Source: Centroscyllium fabricii (lineage: Eukaryota). From it: DNA of 64,000 nt. The notes under the pieces are model-generated. The model was not told the origin of the DNA, did no database searches, and saw only the letters and a program-made list of their open reading frames with translations. Position 1 is the stretch's first letter; each line of letters starts with the position of its first letter. The stretch is from assembly GCA_051313645.2 (NCBI GenBank), contig JBNRSN020000002.1, positions 74,462,001 through 74,526,000 on the forward strand. Reading direction: 5' to 3'. Shown piece by piece: positions 22,806-35,975 of the stretch. Position numbers and translations under genes: made by a program.

Positions 22806-23245
22806 TTCTCTCTCTTAGGCAGTCCCTCGGAACCAGGGATGACTTGCTTCCACATTAAAAATGGGTTCGCAGGTGACTGATGAGTCCAATGCGGGACCTA
22901 CAGTCTCCGTCACAGGTGGGGCAGATGGTGGTTGAAGGGGCGGGTGGGTGGGGTGCTTGGTTTAACGTCCGCTCCTTGCGCTGCCTGTGCTTGGCTTCCC
23001 CTTGCTCCCGGCGAAGAGGCTCGAGGTGTTCGGTGCCTTCCCGGATGCTTCTCCTCTACTTTGTGCGGTCTTGGGCCAGGGATTCCCAGGTGTCGGTGGG
23101 GATGTTGCACTTTTTCCAAGGAGACTTTGAGGGTGTCCTTGAAGCGTTTCCTTTGCCCACCTTGGGCTCTCTTGCCATGCCGGAGCTCCGAGTAGAGCGC
23201 TTGTTTTGGGAGTCTCGTATCGGGCATGCGGACAATGTGACCCGT
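22806..23245 (-). mobile_element. RTE (BovB-clade) LINE 3' fragment
   Basis: RMPDTRLPKQALYSELRHGKRAQGGQRKRFKDTLK, C-terminal CPTCD..CRSRIGLISH, (GA)n tail. Confidence 0.9.
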
Positions 23246-23831
23246 GTGTGAATACGGATGTGGGCCTTACACTAAACATCCGTATTCTTGTAATGGTCAT
23301 GTGCTAAGAGACCCAAGTTTGAATCCCAAACTCAGCTGACATTTGTTCCTTTCTTCCCCATGCCAGTGTTGCCAATATTGGCCGAGTCATCAGGCACAGC
23401 CAAGTGCAGGTGCAAGATGCCTAATCAATGGTAAAGACAGAAAAAGCAGCAAGGTTTGCATCTCCGTCACATTTCAGAGCATCCTCCACTAGCTCAGTGC
23501 AGAGCTACATCGATATCAACATTATACTGCAGCCAGAGTCCATGACCCGGCCTGCTTATAAATGAGACACAAATTAAGACTTTGAAGCTGCAATTTATAT
23601 CTGTTCACATTGTGGTAATCACACAGCATACAAAACTCGGTAAGAATCGTTGGTCGTCTCACAGGCCCATAATAAGTGAGAAAGCAAGTGAGAGAGTGAA
23701 AAATAGGAAAAGAAAAGAAAAAGGCATAGTGATGGGGTGGGGGGCTGTGGAAACATACACATACAGAAGCTGGCAAGGAGAAAGACAGGCAGGTGAAAGA
23801 GAAACAGGTTGGTTGAGAGAAACAGACACAC

Positions 23832-24623
23832 GGGGGGGATTTTGCCAGACGTGCGGGAAACTGGCGGGGATTGGTCAGGGCGGCTTCCTGTCCCGCCCGC
23901 CCAAAGACCTGGGAACCCCACACAATTTTCATTTAGTGGAGTAATTAAATCCCCGCGTGCGGCAGCCGGTGGTAATTGACTTCAATCGAGTCGGAGCTCC
24001 AGCCGTCTGCTCGCAGCTTGATTGACAGTTTCAGCACTGGTTGTTGACAGTTCCCATGGAAACACTCCACTGTGACATCACAGTCGAGTGTTACCAATGG
24101 GAATGGTCAAGTGCTGGTGACTGACAGGTGGGCGGGCTCAGAATCCTTGACAGCTCGGCACCGGCTGTCAGGAAATGTGCAAAGCTGAGATTTCTCAGTT
24201 TTTGCCCACAGCTAGTGTACCCACCATGGAGTGACTTACTCTTCCAAGGTGCTGAAGGCCTGTCAAGCATTTTGCAGCATGTCCTTCAGCACCTTGAAGG
24301 AGAAAGTAATGAACAACGCTGTGCTCCCATCGGGTTTCACCAGCGGGGTTTTAGGCTGGCAGGGTTAGGGTGGGAATGGGATGAAAATTCGTAAGGGCCC
24401 TTAAAATGGCATTAAACATGCCAATTAAGGGCCCTTAGCAAGGTGACAACCCATCCAAGCTGGCTGCCGGTGGGAAGGGTTTGGGGCAGGGAGTCAGAGC
24501 GGGGGAAAATGTCAAAGCGGCGGGGATCCGACGGGGGGGGGGGGGTCGCGACCCGCCGGTTCTGTGATTTTGACGGCCGACCCACCGAAAACCCTGCCTC
24601 ACGGGGACATGAAAATCCCCCCC
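23832..24623. mobile_element. Harbinger-type MITE (same family as 11030-11807)
   Basis: TIR GGGGGGGATTTT / AAAATCCCCCCC. Colinear with the 11030 copy. TSD not clean. Confidence 0.88.
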
Positions 24624-25008
24624 ATAGAGAGGGACACACAGAAGAAATACCACATAGCTTTAGATTAAAGCAAGTTCTTACCACACCAATATGAATTAGA
24701 GCAATCATTTCAAACTAAAAGGAGTTTAAAACTTTCGTGGCAAACTCAACACTCAGCACCACTCCCCTCCCCATGTGTGCGGTGTTGACTGATATTATGG
24801 TACATAAGCAGAAACTACTGAAGCTTCTGTATTCACTGTAATCTAAAACTTCTCTGTGCTTAAAAATTAACTTAAAGGGTCTCTCTCGAAGTCTTGAAAG
24901 AGAACAGTGTGCCCTTTTGTTTGCTTCTACATGCATGTATTTTCAAGTTAACAAGTTGAGAAACCGCTTCCAAAAGCAGACACCCTCTGCAGCTTTGGAA
25001 ACATAAAT

Positions 25009-25849
25009 GGGGAGAAATTCAGTATCGCCCCAATCGGCCGGGCGCAAAGTTTAGCGCCTGTCGCTAATTATCGCCTCCGACTGCAAACTTGGCTTCTATT
25101 GTCCCTGGAGGTGATTGGAGCGCTAAATCAGACGCTACACACCTCTCTTACGGCGCTAAAACCGAGGAGCGGGGCGCTACCTCAGAGCGCTGGTGAAGCT
25201 CATGTGATGTCAGTCAGCAATGGAACAAAGACACACTGGCGCCAGCCAGTTCTTAAAGGCGAGGGTCGATCTTGCTCTCCATCCACACCTTGCTCATTGC
25301 AGCCTTGAATCTCGCCCTGGAGAGACCTGTACATCAAATCTGCTGGAAAGAACAATGGAGAGACCCAGGGAAAGAGCTCAGAGTGCAGCCCCCACAGTCT
25401 CTTCTAAATCGATGCAAGGAAGGTCAAATCAAAATAAACCTACAAAGTGCTGCTCTGTACCCAAAACTCCATCACACAGCGCTGAATCTCTCCGGAAGTC
25501 TCTCTCTCTCTGCGTCTCAGAATGCGTGGTGCAAAAATGTCGCCAACAAAGGCAGGAAGCGGTCGCCTTTAAACAGCGCTATCCCAGTCCCTTCCCGGCT
25601 GCAGAACGCTCCCTTCAACCCGCCGTTGCTAGCGGCAGGCGGAAAGGCAGGGGGCGCCACTCAATATCTGGTCCGGGGCGTTGCACGCTTGGCTGACGTC
25701 ACGATCTGAGGGCGCAGGAGATCGTGGCGGTAGTGTTTAGTGCCGCCGCAAAATGTCTGGACAATTTCGCGAGCGGCGCAAACATTGCCATGCCCGGGCG
25801 CTAGCTGCTTTGCGCCCCATTAGGTGCAAAGCAACCGAATTTTCCCCCC
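25009..25849. mobile_element. Harbinger-type MITE
   Basis: TIR GGGGAGAAATTC / GAATTTTCCCCC. Right arm is reiterated in inverted form at 31118-31360. Confidence 0.8.
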
Positions 25850-28800
25850 AAAACATCGACCTGTGTTCATTCAGTATTCAGTCACGTGCCACCTGTGAGA
25901 TGCTGCGCCTGAAACCGACGTTTTCTGAAATAAAAGATGAACATACAGAGCCACAAGAGAAGTCTTTATTTACAATGTTTGGCAACTAAGACTTGGACTA
26001 AGAAACTGAAATCTTTATTTGCATGGAGGTAAAAATTGCTTAATTATGTGGTACTGATCTGATATCCAAGCTACAATTAACAAGGGTGACCAGATTATGT
26101 ACTGCCTAAATTAAATCATATTAAGTACATATTTATTAAAAACTGTTGTACCCTGTATTTGAGCTCAATGTATCTCTCTTAATGTCAGGTATCTTAAACT
26201 GACAATCTGTGCAATAGAACATAGAAATATAGATAGAGAGAGGATGGGGAAAACTTGGGGATAATTGTGGTTTCTGAGTATCTGAAACGGATGGGTTGGG
26301 GTTAGGGAGGAGAACTAAGAAATAATACAAAGAAAAACCAATGCCACTAAAACCAAACTAGGCAGAAAACGTGGAGGAAGATCACTATTTGATGACCGGA
26401 GGCATTTGAATGTGATTTTAGTTGATCAGGTCTGACTCCTTTCTCGGTGTGGTCTTGCCAGTTTCTAGGCATCAAAATAGGAGTTCTGTACAACATTTCG
26501 TGAAAGAAAAGCACACATGCCAATATGCACATCACCACCGATCATGCACATCTTCAAAAACTATCAACAGCGCTACATTAGATGAAGGAAAGAATCTTTA
26601 AAAAGGCCGCAGTCTTCTGTTTAACAGGAACTACAAAGCAAATGCGCTCAATACGGTCGTCACATGAGTGGTCCTTGCACGCATGGCCAATCTCATGCCG
26701 TGACAAGGGTGCTAGCATGCAGTGACAGGAAGGAACGCTCTGTGTCACAGCACTGCATGAGAGGAATCAGGGGCCGGATTAAGACATAAAAACTGTGCCA
26801 AAACAATTCAAAGGGATTATCTTTTTGTAATACAAGAAAACTGAAATGAATTAACCCTTTCACCAATGGCACCCTTTGGACCAAGGCGAATACAGCTTCA
26901 GCAAACAAGGTCACCTCAGAGAAAAGATTAATGGTCTGGATGTTGAAGCAAGTAATAGTATTGACAATAAAGTGTTACTTTATTTTTGTTTTAAACATGT
27001 TGCGGTCTTCATTTAGGGGGAAAAAACCCACAGCTCAGCGACTGTATAAAAAGATCTACAGTTAAAACAATCTATGGGGATATTGTTATTGGGCTTGATG
27101 GTTATTGATAAGAACAATATTTTTATAATTAAATTTAATATCTTATCCAAAGAAAGTTAAAATGGTTGAATGTTATCAGGGAAAAGCAACATTTTTATAT
27201 AGGTGAGTTTTTTAAAAAAATAATAATTTCATGCAATTTTTAAATGTGTAATCTTACTGCAAAATAAAAACCATATCAGACAAATCATTTTTAAAAGCCT
27301 TAGTCATTTTTATGTAATTCCAAAAACATGTAGAATTATTTTAGTTGTGGATATATATGAATGTTAATGGCCCCGTTATACTGCAGCTAGTGTATCGCTA
27401 TGACGGCAAAAGAGTTGAATCACCAATGAGAGGAGTCAGATTTAGGCAAGCGGTGCAAGACCACCTTGAGGAGGCAGCCTAGCGCTTTTGCAATGGATGC
27501 AGTGCGACAGAAAAGCAAACCGAACTTCAAAAAGTTTGGGCTCTTTGCCAGTCTTAAAAATGTAACTGGCATTTGGGCCGTGGTGAACCCAGCACTGCAC
27601 ACGAACGTGAACCCACAGGTGCTGGCGTCAAACTGGTATCTGCCGGATAATAACACTATCAATATTATTTCTGCTCAAAGCAGTAACCTGTCACCCGAGT
27701 CAGGGTTACACCTGAAACCTTAGCCTATTTTTGCAGCCCTTGCAGTTTTTCTTTCCGTCCATTAATAAAGATGGCACCTTATTTCTCTTGTTAAAATTAC
27801 AAACTACGGTGGTGTGAAATCTTTGCCGTCTGGATGTTTTCTCCTGGCATGGATCACTACACAAACAGTGCTCACTCACAGCAAAATATTACAGAGGAGA
27901 ACGCCACGCTAGCTAGGAAATGCTTCGCCAGCTGCCTGACAATTCAAGCATATTATCACTCAGCAAGGAAGTCTTCGAAACACCACTAAAATATTTGCGG
28001 TATTGTTACAAATTTTATCCAAAGGGTTGTCCTTTCTAACACACATACATATATCACACTAATTAATCTATATGTGTGTGTGCATATGTGTAATATAGTG
28101 AAGCAACATAGTGAAGCAAAATGATGCGTTTAACTTATTTACAGACATTAAGCTTAAGCCCTAAAGTATTCCTACTGCATAATATCTGGCCTTCCAATGT
28201 TTCCCTTAAAGAATGACTAATCTTTTGGCCCAAAATGAACTCAAAATCCTCCACTTTCCAAATATTTGAGATTCACAGTAGGCAAAGCCAATTAGAGAGG
28301 CTTGCTACAGAAGATAGAGTTACCACAATCCCAAATGTTATTGTGATTCCCATGACTTTACAAATGTAATTGAGTTATCATGACAGGTCTTTTTTTTTTT
28401 GCATAGTGGGTACTTTTACACAACACTTTCCAGAAACAAGTGTTACCAGGAGCATCACAAACATCAGGTGGTCAGAAATCCATCATTTTGCTTGAGACCT
28501 GCGTGCACTGCTGATCTCTCGCTGTGGCATGCACCATTTGTTACTAACTATTGCCATTAACGTTCCTGATCCACTCGTGTAACTTTTTCCCATTGGCAAT
28601 TACTGACTTGTATACAGCTGTTCAAACATGACAAAATAGCCAAACCAGAAGAGCATGAACAAGATTATAAGAGTACAAAAAGTATAAAGTATGAAACCAG
28701 AATACTAAGCAAAAAGGATTTGTGATGGTTTCGATGCCAGGTTCGCCTTCCAACTGAATAAACCACATTTATGAAGGGACAGTAACCCAATACATTTGAG

Positions 28801-29539
28801 AGAGCACATGGAGAGAAACTAAGAATGAAAGCTGCCAGTTGCTTTCCGTCAGTTATTAGCCAGCTCTGCTTCAAGGGCCTAGATTAACCCCTCAAAATGC
28901 CAGTCAAGAGTTTTAACGATGCTAACCAGCAGAGGATGGGTTCAGAGAAAACCCCAGCATTTAAAAAGTTAGTTCACAGAGTCAATGACCTGGTGTTTTT
29001 GGTGCTGCCAGGACACACAGTAAATAAATTTTAATGGTCTGACGGGTCAGTGTGCGGATTTTGAATTGGTGATTTTCGTTTTCAAAATGAACACATTTGG
29101 CATCAAGATCAGTAAGTATTGATGCAAAAAAAAAAATCAAGAAAATAACAATTTTACAGAGAATTTAAAATTAAAAGATTAAGCTAGAAAAAAAATGGAA
29201 AAGAATACTCATAAATTGGAAAGCACTCATAACCAGAAGGAAATGATCAGTAAAATCAAAGGCAAATGTCTCACTTTTCTCTATTCTAATGCTCCTCCGA
29301 GCTTTTCTTTCTGGTTTCCCCGAAACATCAAATACACTGCCTGGCATACACTTCCTCTTCCTTGAGAGCAAGACTCATAGCGCTGTCTTCTACTCTAACT
29401 TGTTCTTTCCATGGTGTGGCCCTCATCACCGAATCACAGCTATCTCATCTTCTTTTCAATCTTGGTGGTATCCTGCATTATTGACCTTGGCCTCAACATT
29501 TAAATAAAATATGAATAATTTCTGAACCCTGACATAATT

Positions 29540-31010
29540 ATCACATAGACTGTTACAGCGCAGAAACCGACCCTTCAGCCTTTAAAGCCTGTGCCAATTT
29601 TTTCTCCACAAGACACGGAGTCTAATCCCCTTGCTCCCCATATCCTTTAATATTCCTTCTTTACAAGTGGTTTTTAAAAAGAATTTATGGACTCTGCTTC
29701 AACAACAGGTCTGTGGCAGTGAATTGAAAATTCTAACCACCCTCCGTGTAAAGTAATTTTCTAATCTTCCGTTTAATTTTTTGTGATTACTTTAAATTTG
29801 TTCTCTCTGGTTGCTGTCTCCCCAAACAAAGGAAGCAATATCAGTATTAACCTTATCATAACCTTTCAGAATTTTGAAAACATCTATCAGGTCATCCCTT
29901 AACCATCTCGGCTTTAGTAAAAAAAACATACTTCTCAAGTATCTCATCATAAATATGCCTGACAACTTCCTCTATACTGCACATTTTCTGTTACTTTTAT
30001 ATCCATCCTATCATTGAGGGCACAAAGCTGTACACAATATTTCCAACTTGTAGAAGTTCAACATTACCTCTTCCCTTTTGTAGTCTATGCCTCCATGATA
30101 CAAAACCAAAGATTGTTTTAAAATTACCTGATCTATTTGTGTTTTCACTATTAATAATGTGTATCTGCAAACCAAGGTCCTTCTGTTCCTTTACTCCATT
30201 TAAAATCTGCCATTTACTGTGTATTTTGTTTCCTTATTTGATTTCCAAAAAACATTGCTTCACATGTTTCTGCATTGAACTGCATCTGCTACCTAACTGC
30301 CCATCCTACTAGCCTGTCTCGGTCATCCAGCCGTTGTTCACAATCCTCATCACAACTTGGGAGTCATCAGCAAGTTTCAATAATGTTTTTTGAATTCCTC
30401 AGTCCAGATCACTTATGAATATAGTAACTAGGAAGAACCCAAACAGAGACCTTCATGGGACATTACTCTTTCAGTAATCTTTACAATCTAAATAAACTTT
30501 CTTTCATCCCTACACTTTGCTTACTGACATCCAACCATCTCTCTATCCACATGGCTATATTCCCCTCAATTCCTTGCATCTATATCTTGGTTATGAGGTA
30601 GACCAACAGGCCGATAATTTTCTGGCTTATCTGTGCTTTTTTCAAGAGGGAAGTCATTATTTGTCACTTGCGAGTTCGCTGGCACAATTTTCCTTTCCAC
30701 AACGTTTTGGAAAATTATAGTCAGATCAATTGCTAATTCTTCCTTGGCTTTTTTCAGGATTATAACTGGAGCCTGTGCTATTCTTCACTGGTTTCCTTCA
30801 GGATCCTGGGATATAAACCATCAGGTTCCACTGATTTGGCTACCTTTAGATTGAGTATCTTTTTTAGTACCTTTTCTTTTTGAATAGTAACCTCCACTTG
30901 CTGTTCTACACACATTTGTAGTGGCTCTACAATCCCAATATCTACCTCCTCTGTGAAAACAGAGGCAAAGTAATTATTTAGTATGATCCCAGCCTTTGAT
31001 ACACTCACTT
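29540..31010 (-). mobile_element. Old decayed CR1 LINE (RT region to 3' tail)
   Basis: ILNNYFASVFTEE..VLKKILNLKVAKSVEPDGLYPRILKE at 30778-31020. CR1-type tail near 29545. Confidence 0.75.
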
Positions 31011-31117
31011 TTTTACTCACTTGACTTGTACCCTTGCCACCCTGTTTAAATATTTCCTATTGCTGATTCTTCCATTTAATTCAGGCGAAGTACCTTTGTA
31101 TCATGCTTTAAGATCTT

Positions 31118-31360
31118 GGGGGAAAAACTCGGTTGCTTTGCGCCTCCCGTTTAGCGCCCTATTGGGGCACAAAGCAACAAGTGTCCGGGCGCGGTGATGT
31201 TTGCGCCGCTCACGAAATTAAACAGATACTTTGCGGTGGCGCTAAACACTACCGCCACGATCTCCTGCGCCCGCAGATCGTGATGTCAGTTGAGCGTGCA
31301 ACACCCTGGACCAGATATTGAGTGGCGCCCCCTGCCTTTCCGTCTGCCGCTACCAACAGC
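31118..31360. mobile_element. Single-arm fragment of the 25009 MITE family
   Basis: Reverse complement of about 25620-25849, including the TIR. Confidence 0.8.
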
Positions 31361-34118
31361 CATGTTTTAGTTGTTGCTATTAAGAAAAAGAAAAAGAACT
31401 TGCATTTTATATAGCACTTTTCACAACCTCAGGATGTCCCAAATCACTTCACAGCCAATTCAGCACTTTTAAGGTGTTGCAATGTCGTTGCTTAGGTGGA
31501 TGTTAAAAATCTCCCAACACCATTGGAAGAGGAGCAGGGAGTTATTCTGGTATCCTGGCCAACATTCCTTTCTGACCCAACAGCACCAAAATCAGATTAA
31601 CAGGTCATTAGTGGGATCTTGTAATGCACAAAATGGCTGCTGTGCTTGCCTATCTTACAACAGCTACTGCATTTCATAGAGTTCATTTTGACATTTCTGA
31701 GAGCCATTAAACACTATCAAAAGATATACGTCTTTTGTTTTTTTGACAGCTAATCATTACTTCCTAATTTACCCTGCCTTCACATTTCCTCTTTTTAACC
31801 ATAGTGGAATTATTTGGCTTGGCCTTTCACCTTGGCTTTTTGATTCAAAAAAAAAGTTCAAGGAGATTTGTTGGCTTTGCTGACCTTACAGACTTGTGAA
31901 ATCTGCACAAGTCTGGAGAATATTCTGGGGTTGCAGGACTTATTTAAATGTGTCAGGAGTGCCTGCAGGCAGGTGGTGAGTTGAACTGCACTAACAGCTT
32001 TTGATTTAGTTTGTCCACTGTTTTGCTGTTCAGAGTAAAACAAAAGTACCAGACTGCAGGTTAATAGACTGTCTGACAAATTGGGCAGTGTGTGATAGCT
32101 TAGGTTTACTTCAGTTAAATATCTACTCCATAAATACATAGCTGTGAGAGTTTTCACTATTGTTGTTTCTTGCATGTGTTTCTTTTATTATTCTTGGCCT
32201 TTTCTCCAACCCAGCATTTAGCAGCTTCAAAACGTAACCCTTTTAAGATGTATGGGGTGGTTAAACAATTACATAAATTACTTAAAACATTAAATTAACT
32301 GGAACACAGTTCTGGCTCTGACAAAGGTGGAAGGCATCCTTCGAAATATAATTTAAAGGTTTTGGGAAAATTTGTACACCAAATGAAACTCAAAGTTTAT
32401 TGCTGGTGATGTATAATCCAATAGCAATACTTTTGTGAAGACTTGCACAATGAAACTGGCAACATTTAGTTACTTCACAGCTTTTACCAACTAAAAAAAA
32501 GGAACACAAAAACAAGTAAGTTCACTTATGCTCCATCTGAACTTCAGCACTCCTGCTAATTAAAAGCAACAACCATGACACCAGATAGAACTTTGAGAGT
32601 CTTTAGACCTAATTAAATCTCTGCTTGTCTAATGGCTCAGTAAGTACATTGCCTTGCATATAAATGGAAACATCGGTCTGCAAGGTCCCATGTTTGAACC
32701 TCGGTCTGTTGTGTGATCATGTTCTCCCTTTCCTCTGCTCTGTGATTAGTGGCAAGCTTTCAGCCATCTTGCTCCTCACTCTGAAACGCTCTTCCTAAAT
32801 CCCTTTGTCATTTTACATCTTTCACTACTTTCAATAGCTCCCTTAATACCTACATCTTGGTCACTGCACTTCTGGTCGCCTACCTTAAACCGACAACCGT
32901 CCTCAACTCCTGTTCTGGTCCAATGCCCAATTGTAAAGCTTCTTAGCACACTTTGCTACATTAAAGGTGCTATAAATATAAATGCAAAATGTTTTTGTAG
33001 TAGGGGTACAAGAAGGTGGCTCACCACCACCTTCTCAAAAGGCAATTGGGGATGGGCAATAAATGCTGGCCTTGCCAGCGATGCTCACATCCCATGAACA
33101 AATACATTTTTTTATTTTTTTTAATGTTTAAACTACAATTGGCCTTACCATGCCCAAACCTTTGGGAGTGGGCAAGGAAGCTAGCCCTACTCAAACTGTT
33201 ATCCCATAATCCCTGCTGGAAAGTTTGCAAATATAGGCATCAAGTGAGAACAGGGTCAGGATTGAATTTAATGCCTTTCCCATATCACGTCAAATAGACA
33301 GTCCATTGACGTTATTTAACTAGGTACACACATGAACGGCTCCACGCAAGCCAGCTACCAGAGGGCCGACAGTGTCCACAGAAATGTACCCAAATAGGAC
33401 TCACCCACCTGGGAGAGCAAGTAAGAAAATTGGCAGGGAGGGTGAAAAAGACAGGGGATGGAATCTCTCCTATTGTTTTTCAGTACTAATTTATTTTTTC
33501 TCCATAGCAGGTGAAACAGGTTTTCCAAATTTAAATGCCTGTTGTAACAGGCATTCATTAAAAAAAACTCTTTAATTACAAGAGAACCAAACAAAAAAAG
33601 TAGTAATTTTAAACACAGTAAAAACGCTTGGTAATGTTTCCAGTCATTACATAATTCACAGACAGTTAGGATTCATGCAGAATTCTTCTTTAAGACTTGC
33701 ATTCAGACAGTTGTTATATTTCCTCTCGACACCCTGGGGTAAAGCTGTTTGAGCCCGAGAGGTCACTATAACAATTAACGTACAGACGAGGTTTGTAGAA
33801 AACAACCCAACTAAGACGGAAACATGATTTAGACTCTGATTTACGGTACATTGTTTCCCTTTTATTGCTAAGAGGCTGATTTGTACGATTCAAGAAACCT
33901 ATAATAGAGAATAGTAGCCACGTGGGAGAAAGTTACAAGGCAGTGTAACATCACCTAGGGACTCAGACGAAGTTATAAGCCATGAAGAACCGAGCTCAAG
34001 CAATTTACAAGTCACCTGAATCCCAAAGTTTAGGTTTATATCCTTGTAATTCTCTCATAGGTATTTGTTATTTTATACAATCAATATACACCATCTTATA
34101 GTTAGCATTTTTATGATT

Positions 34119-35975
34119 TACATAGAAACATAGACATAGAAGATAGGAGCAGGAGTAGGCCATTCGGCCCCTCGAGCCTGCTCCGCCATTCAATGAGATC
34201 ACGGCTGATCATCCAAACTCAGTAGCCTGTCCCTGCCTTCTCCCCATATCCCTTCATCCCTCTAGCCTTAAGAAATATATCTAACTCCTTCTTGAATATA
34301 TTTACTGAATTGGCCTCCACTGCCTTCTGTGGTAGAGAATGCCACAGGTTCACCACTCTCTGGGTGAAGAAATACCTCCTCATCTCTGTCCGAAATGGCT
34401 TAGACTGTGACCCCTGGTTTTGGACTCCCAGACCATTGGGAACATCCTTCCTGCATCTAGCCTGTCCAGTCCTGTTAGAATTTTATAAGTTTCAATGAGA
34501 TCCCATCTCATTCTTCTAAACTCCAGCGAGCATAAGCCCAGTCGACCCAATCTCTCCTGATACGTCATTCCTGCCATCCCAGGTATCAGTCTGGTGAATC
34601 TTCGCTGCACTCCCTCCATGGCAAGAACATCTTTCCTCAGGTAAGGTGACCAAAACTGCACACAATACTCAAGGTGTGGTCTCACCAAGGCCCTGTACAA
34701 CTGCAGCAAGACATCTTTGTTCCTGAACTCGAACCCTCTTGCTATGAAGGCCAACATACCATTTACACTCTTAACCGCCTGGTGCACCTGCATGCTTACC
34801 TTCAGCGACTGGTGCACAAGGATTCAGGATTCAAGATAATTTTATTGCCATGTGTAACTCGTACAATGGAATGCTTACTCCCCAATCACTCCCACAATTA
34901 TAAATGTAGAAAAGCAAAAAGTTTTTAAAAAAGTACAAATATAGAAAAAATAATAAGCAAATAAACAAATAAGTAACGAGTGCAGTTAGCAGTTAAGTAG
35001 GTGCACTGCCTGTGGGTAGAAACTGTTTTTGAACCTGCTGGTCCTGGTTCGGATGCTGCAGTACCGACGGCCGGACCGCAGGAGGGAGAACAGATCGTGC
35101 CCAGGGTGATTGGGGTCCTTGATGATGGAGCGGGCCTTGTTCCGACATCTGGTCTGGAAGATCAGATCTCCTCGATGGATGGAAGTGCACACCCGATGAT
35201 TTTTTCTGCCATCCTCACGACCCGCTGAATGGCTTTCCTGTCCTGAGCAGTGGTGTTGCCATACCACACAGGACACCCAGATCTCGTTGCACTTCCCCTT
35301 CTCCCAATCTATTGCCATTCAGATAATAATCTGCCTTCCTGTTTTTGCCACCAAAGTGGATAACCTCGCATTTATCCACATTATATTGCATCTGCCATGC
35401 TTCTGCCCAATCACTCAACCTGTCCAAATCATACTGGAGTTTCTTGGCATCCTCCTCACAGCACACATGCCCACCCAGCTTTGTGTCGTCTGCAAACTTT
35501 GAGATATTACATCTAGTTCCCTCGTCTAGATCATTAATATATATTGTGAATAGCTGGGGTCCTAGGATCGATCCCTGCGGTACTGCCTGCCACTCAGAAA
35601 AGAGTTATTCCAACTCTTTGCTTCCTGTCTGCCAACCAGTTCTCTATCCAAGTCAGTACCTTGCCCCCAATCCTATGTGGCTTAACTTTACGCGCTAATC
35701 TCTTATGCGGGACCTTATTGAAAGCCTTCTGAAAGTCCAAATACACCACATCCACTGGTTCTCCCTTATCTATTTATCAGTTACACCCTCAAAAAAGTCC
35801 AGTAGATTAGTCAAGCACGATTTACCTTTTGTAAATCCATGTTGACTTTGTCCGATCCTGTCACTGTTTTCCAAGTACTTTGCTATTGCATCTTTTATAA
35901 TGGACTCGAACATTTGCCCCACTACCGATGTCAGGCTTACTGGCCTATAATTCCCCATTTTCTCTCTACCACCTT
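34119..35975 (-). mobile_element. CR1/HER1 LINE (RT to 3' end), interrupted by a Rex1 fragment
   Basis: GNYRPVSLTSVVG..SQHGFTKGKSCLTNLLDFFE; LQYDLDRLSDWAEAWQMQYNVDKCEVIHFG; LYRALVRPHLEYCVQFWSPYL. Confidence 0.93.
34821..35272 (-). mobile_element. Rex1/Babar LINE 3' fragment
   Basis: RCRNKARSIIKDPNHPGHDLFSLLRSGRRYCSIRTRTSRFKNSFYPQAVHLLN plus tail. Confidence 0.9.

Noticed and set aside
22876-22905. Hammerhead-like CTGATGA-GTCC..GGAC
   Set aside because: No GAAA follows stem II, and the sequence is the antisense of the RTE C-terminal codons.
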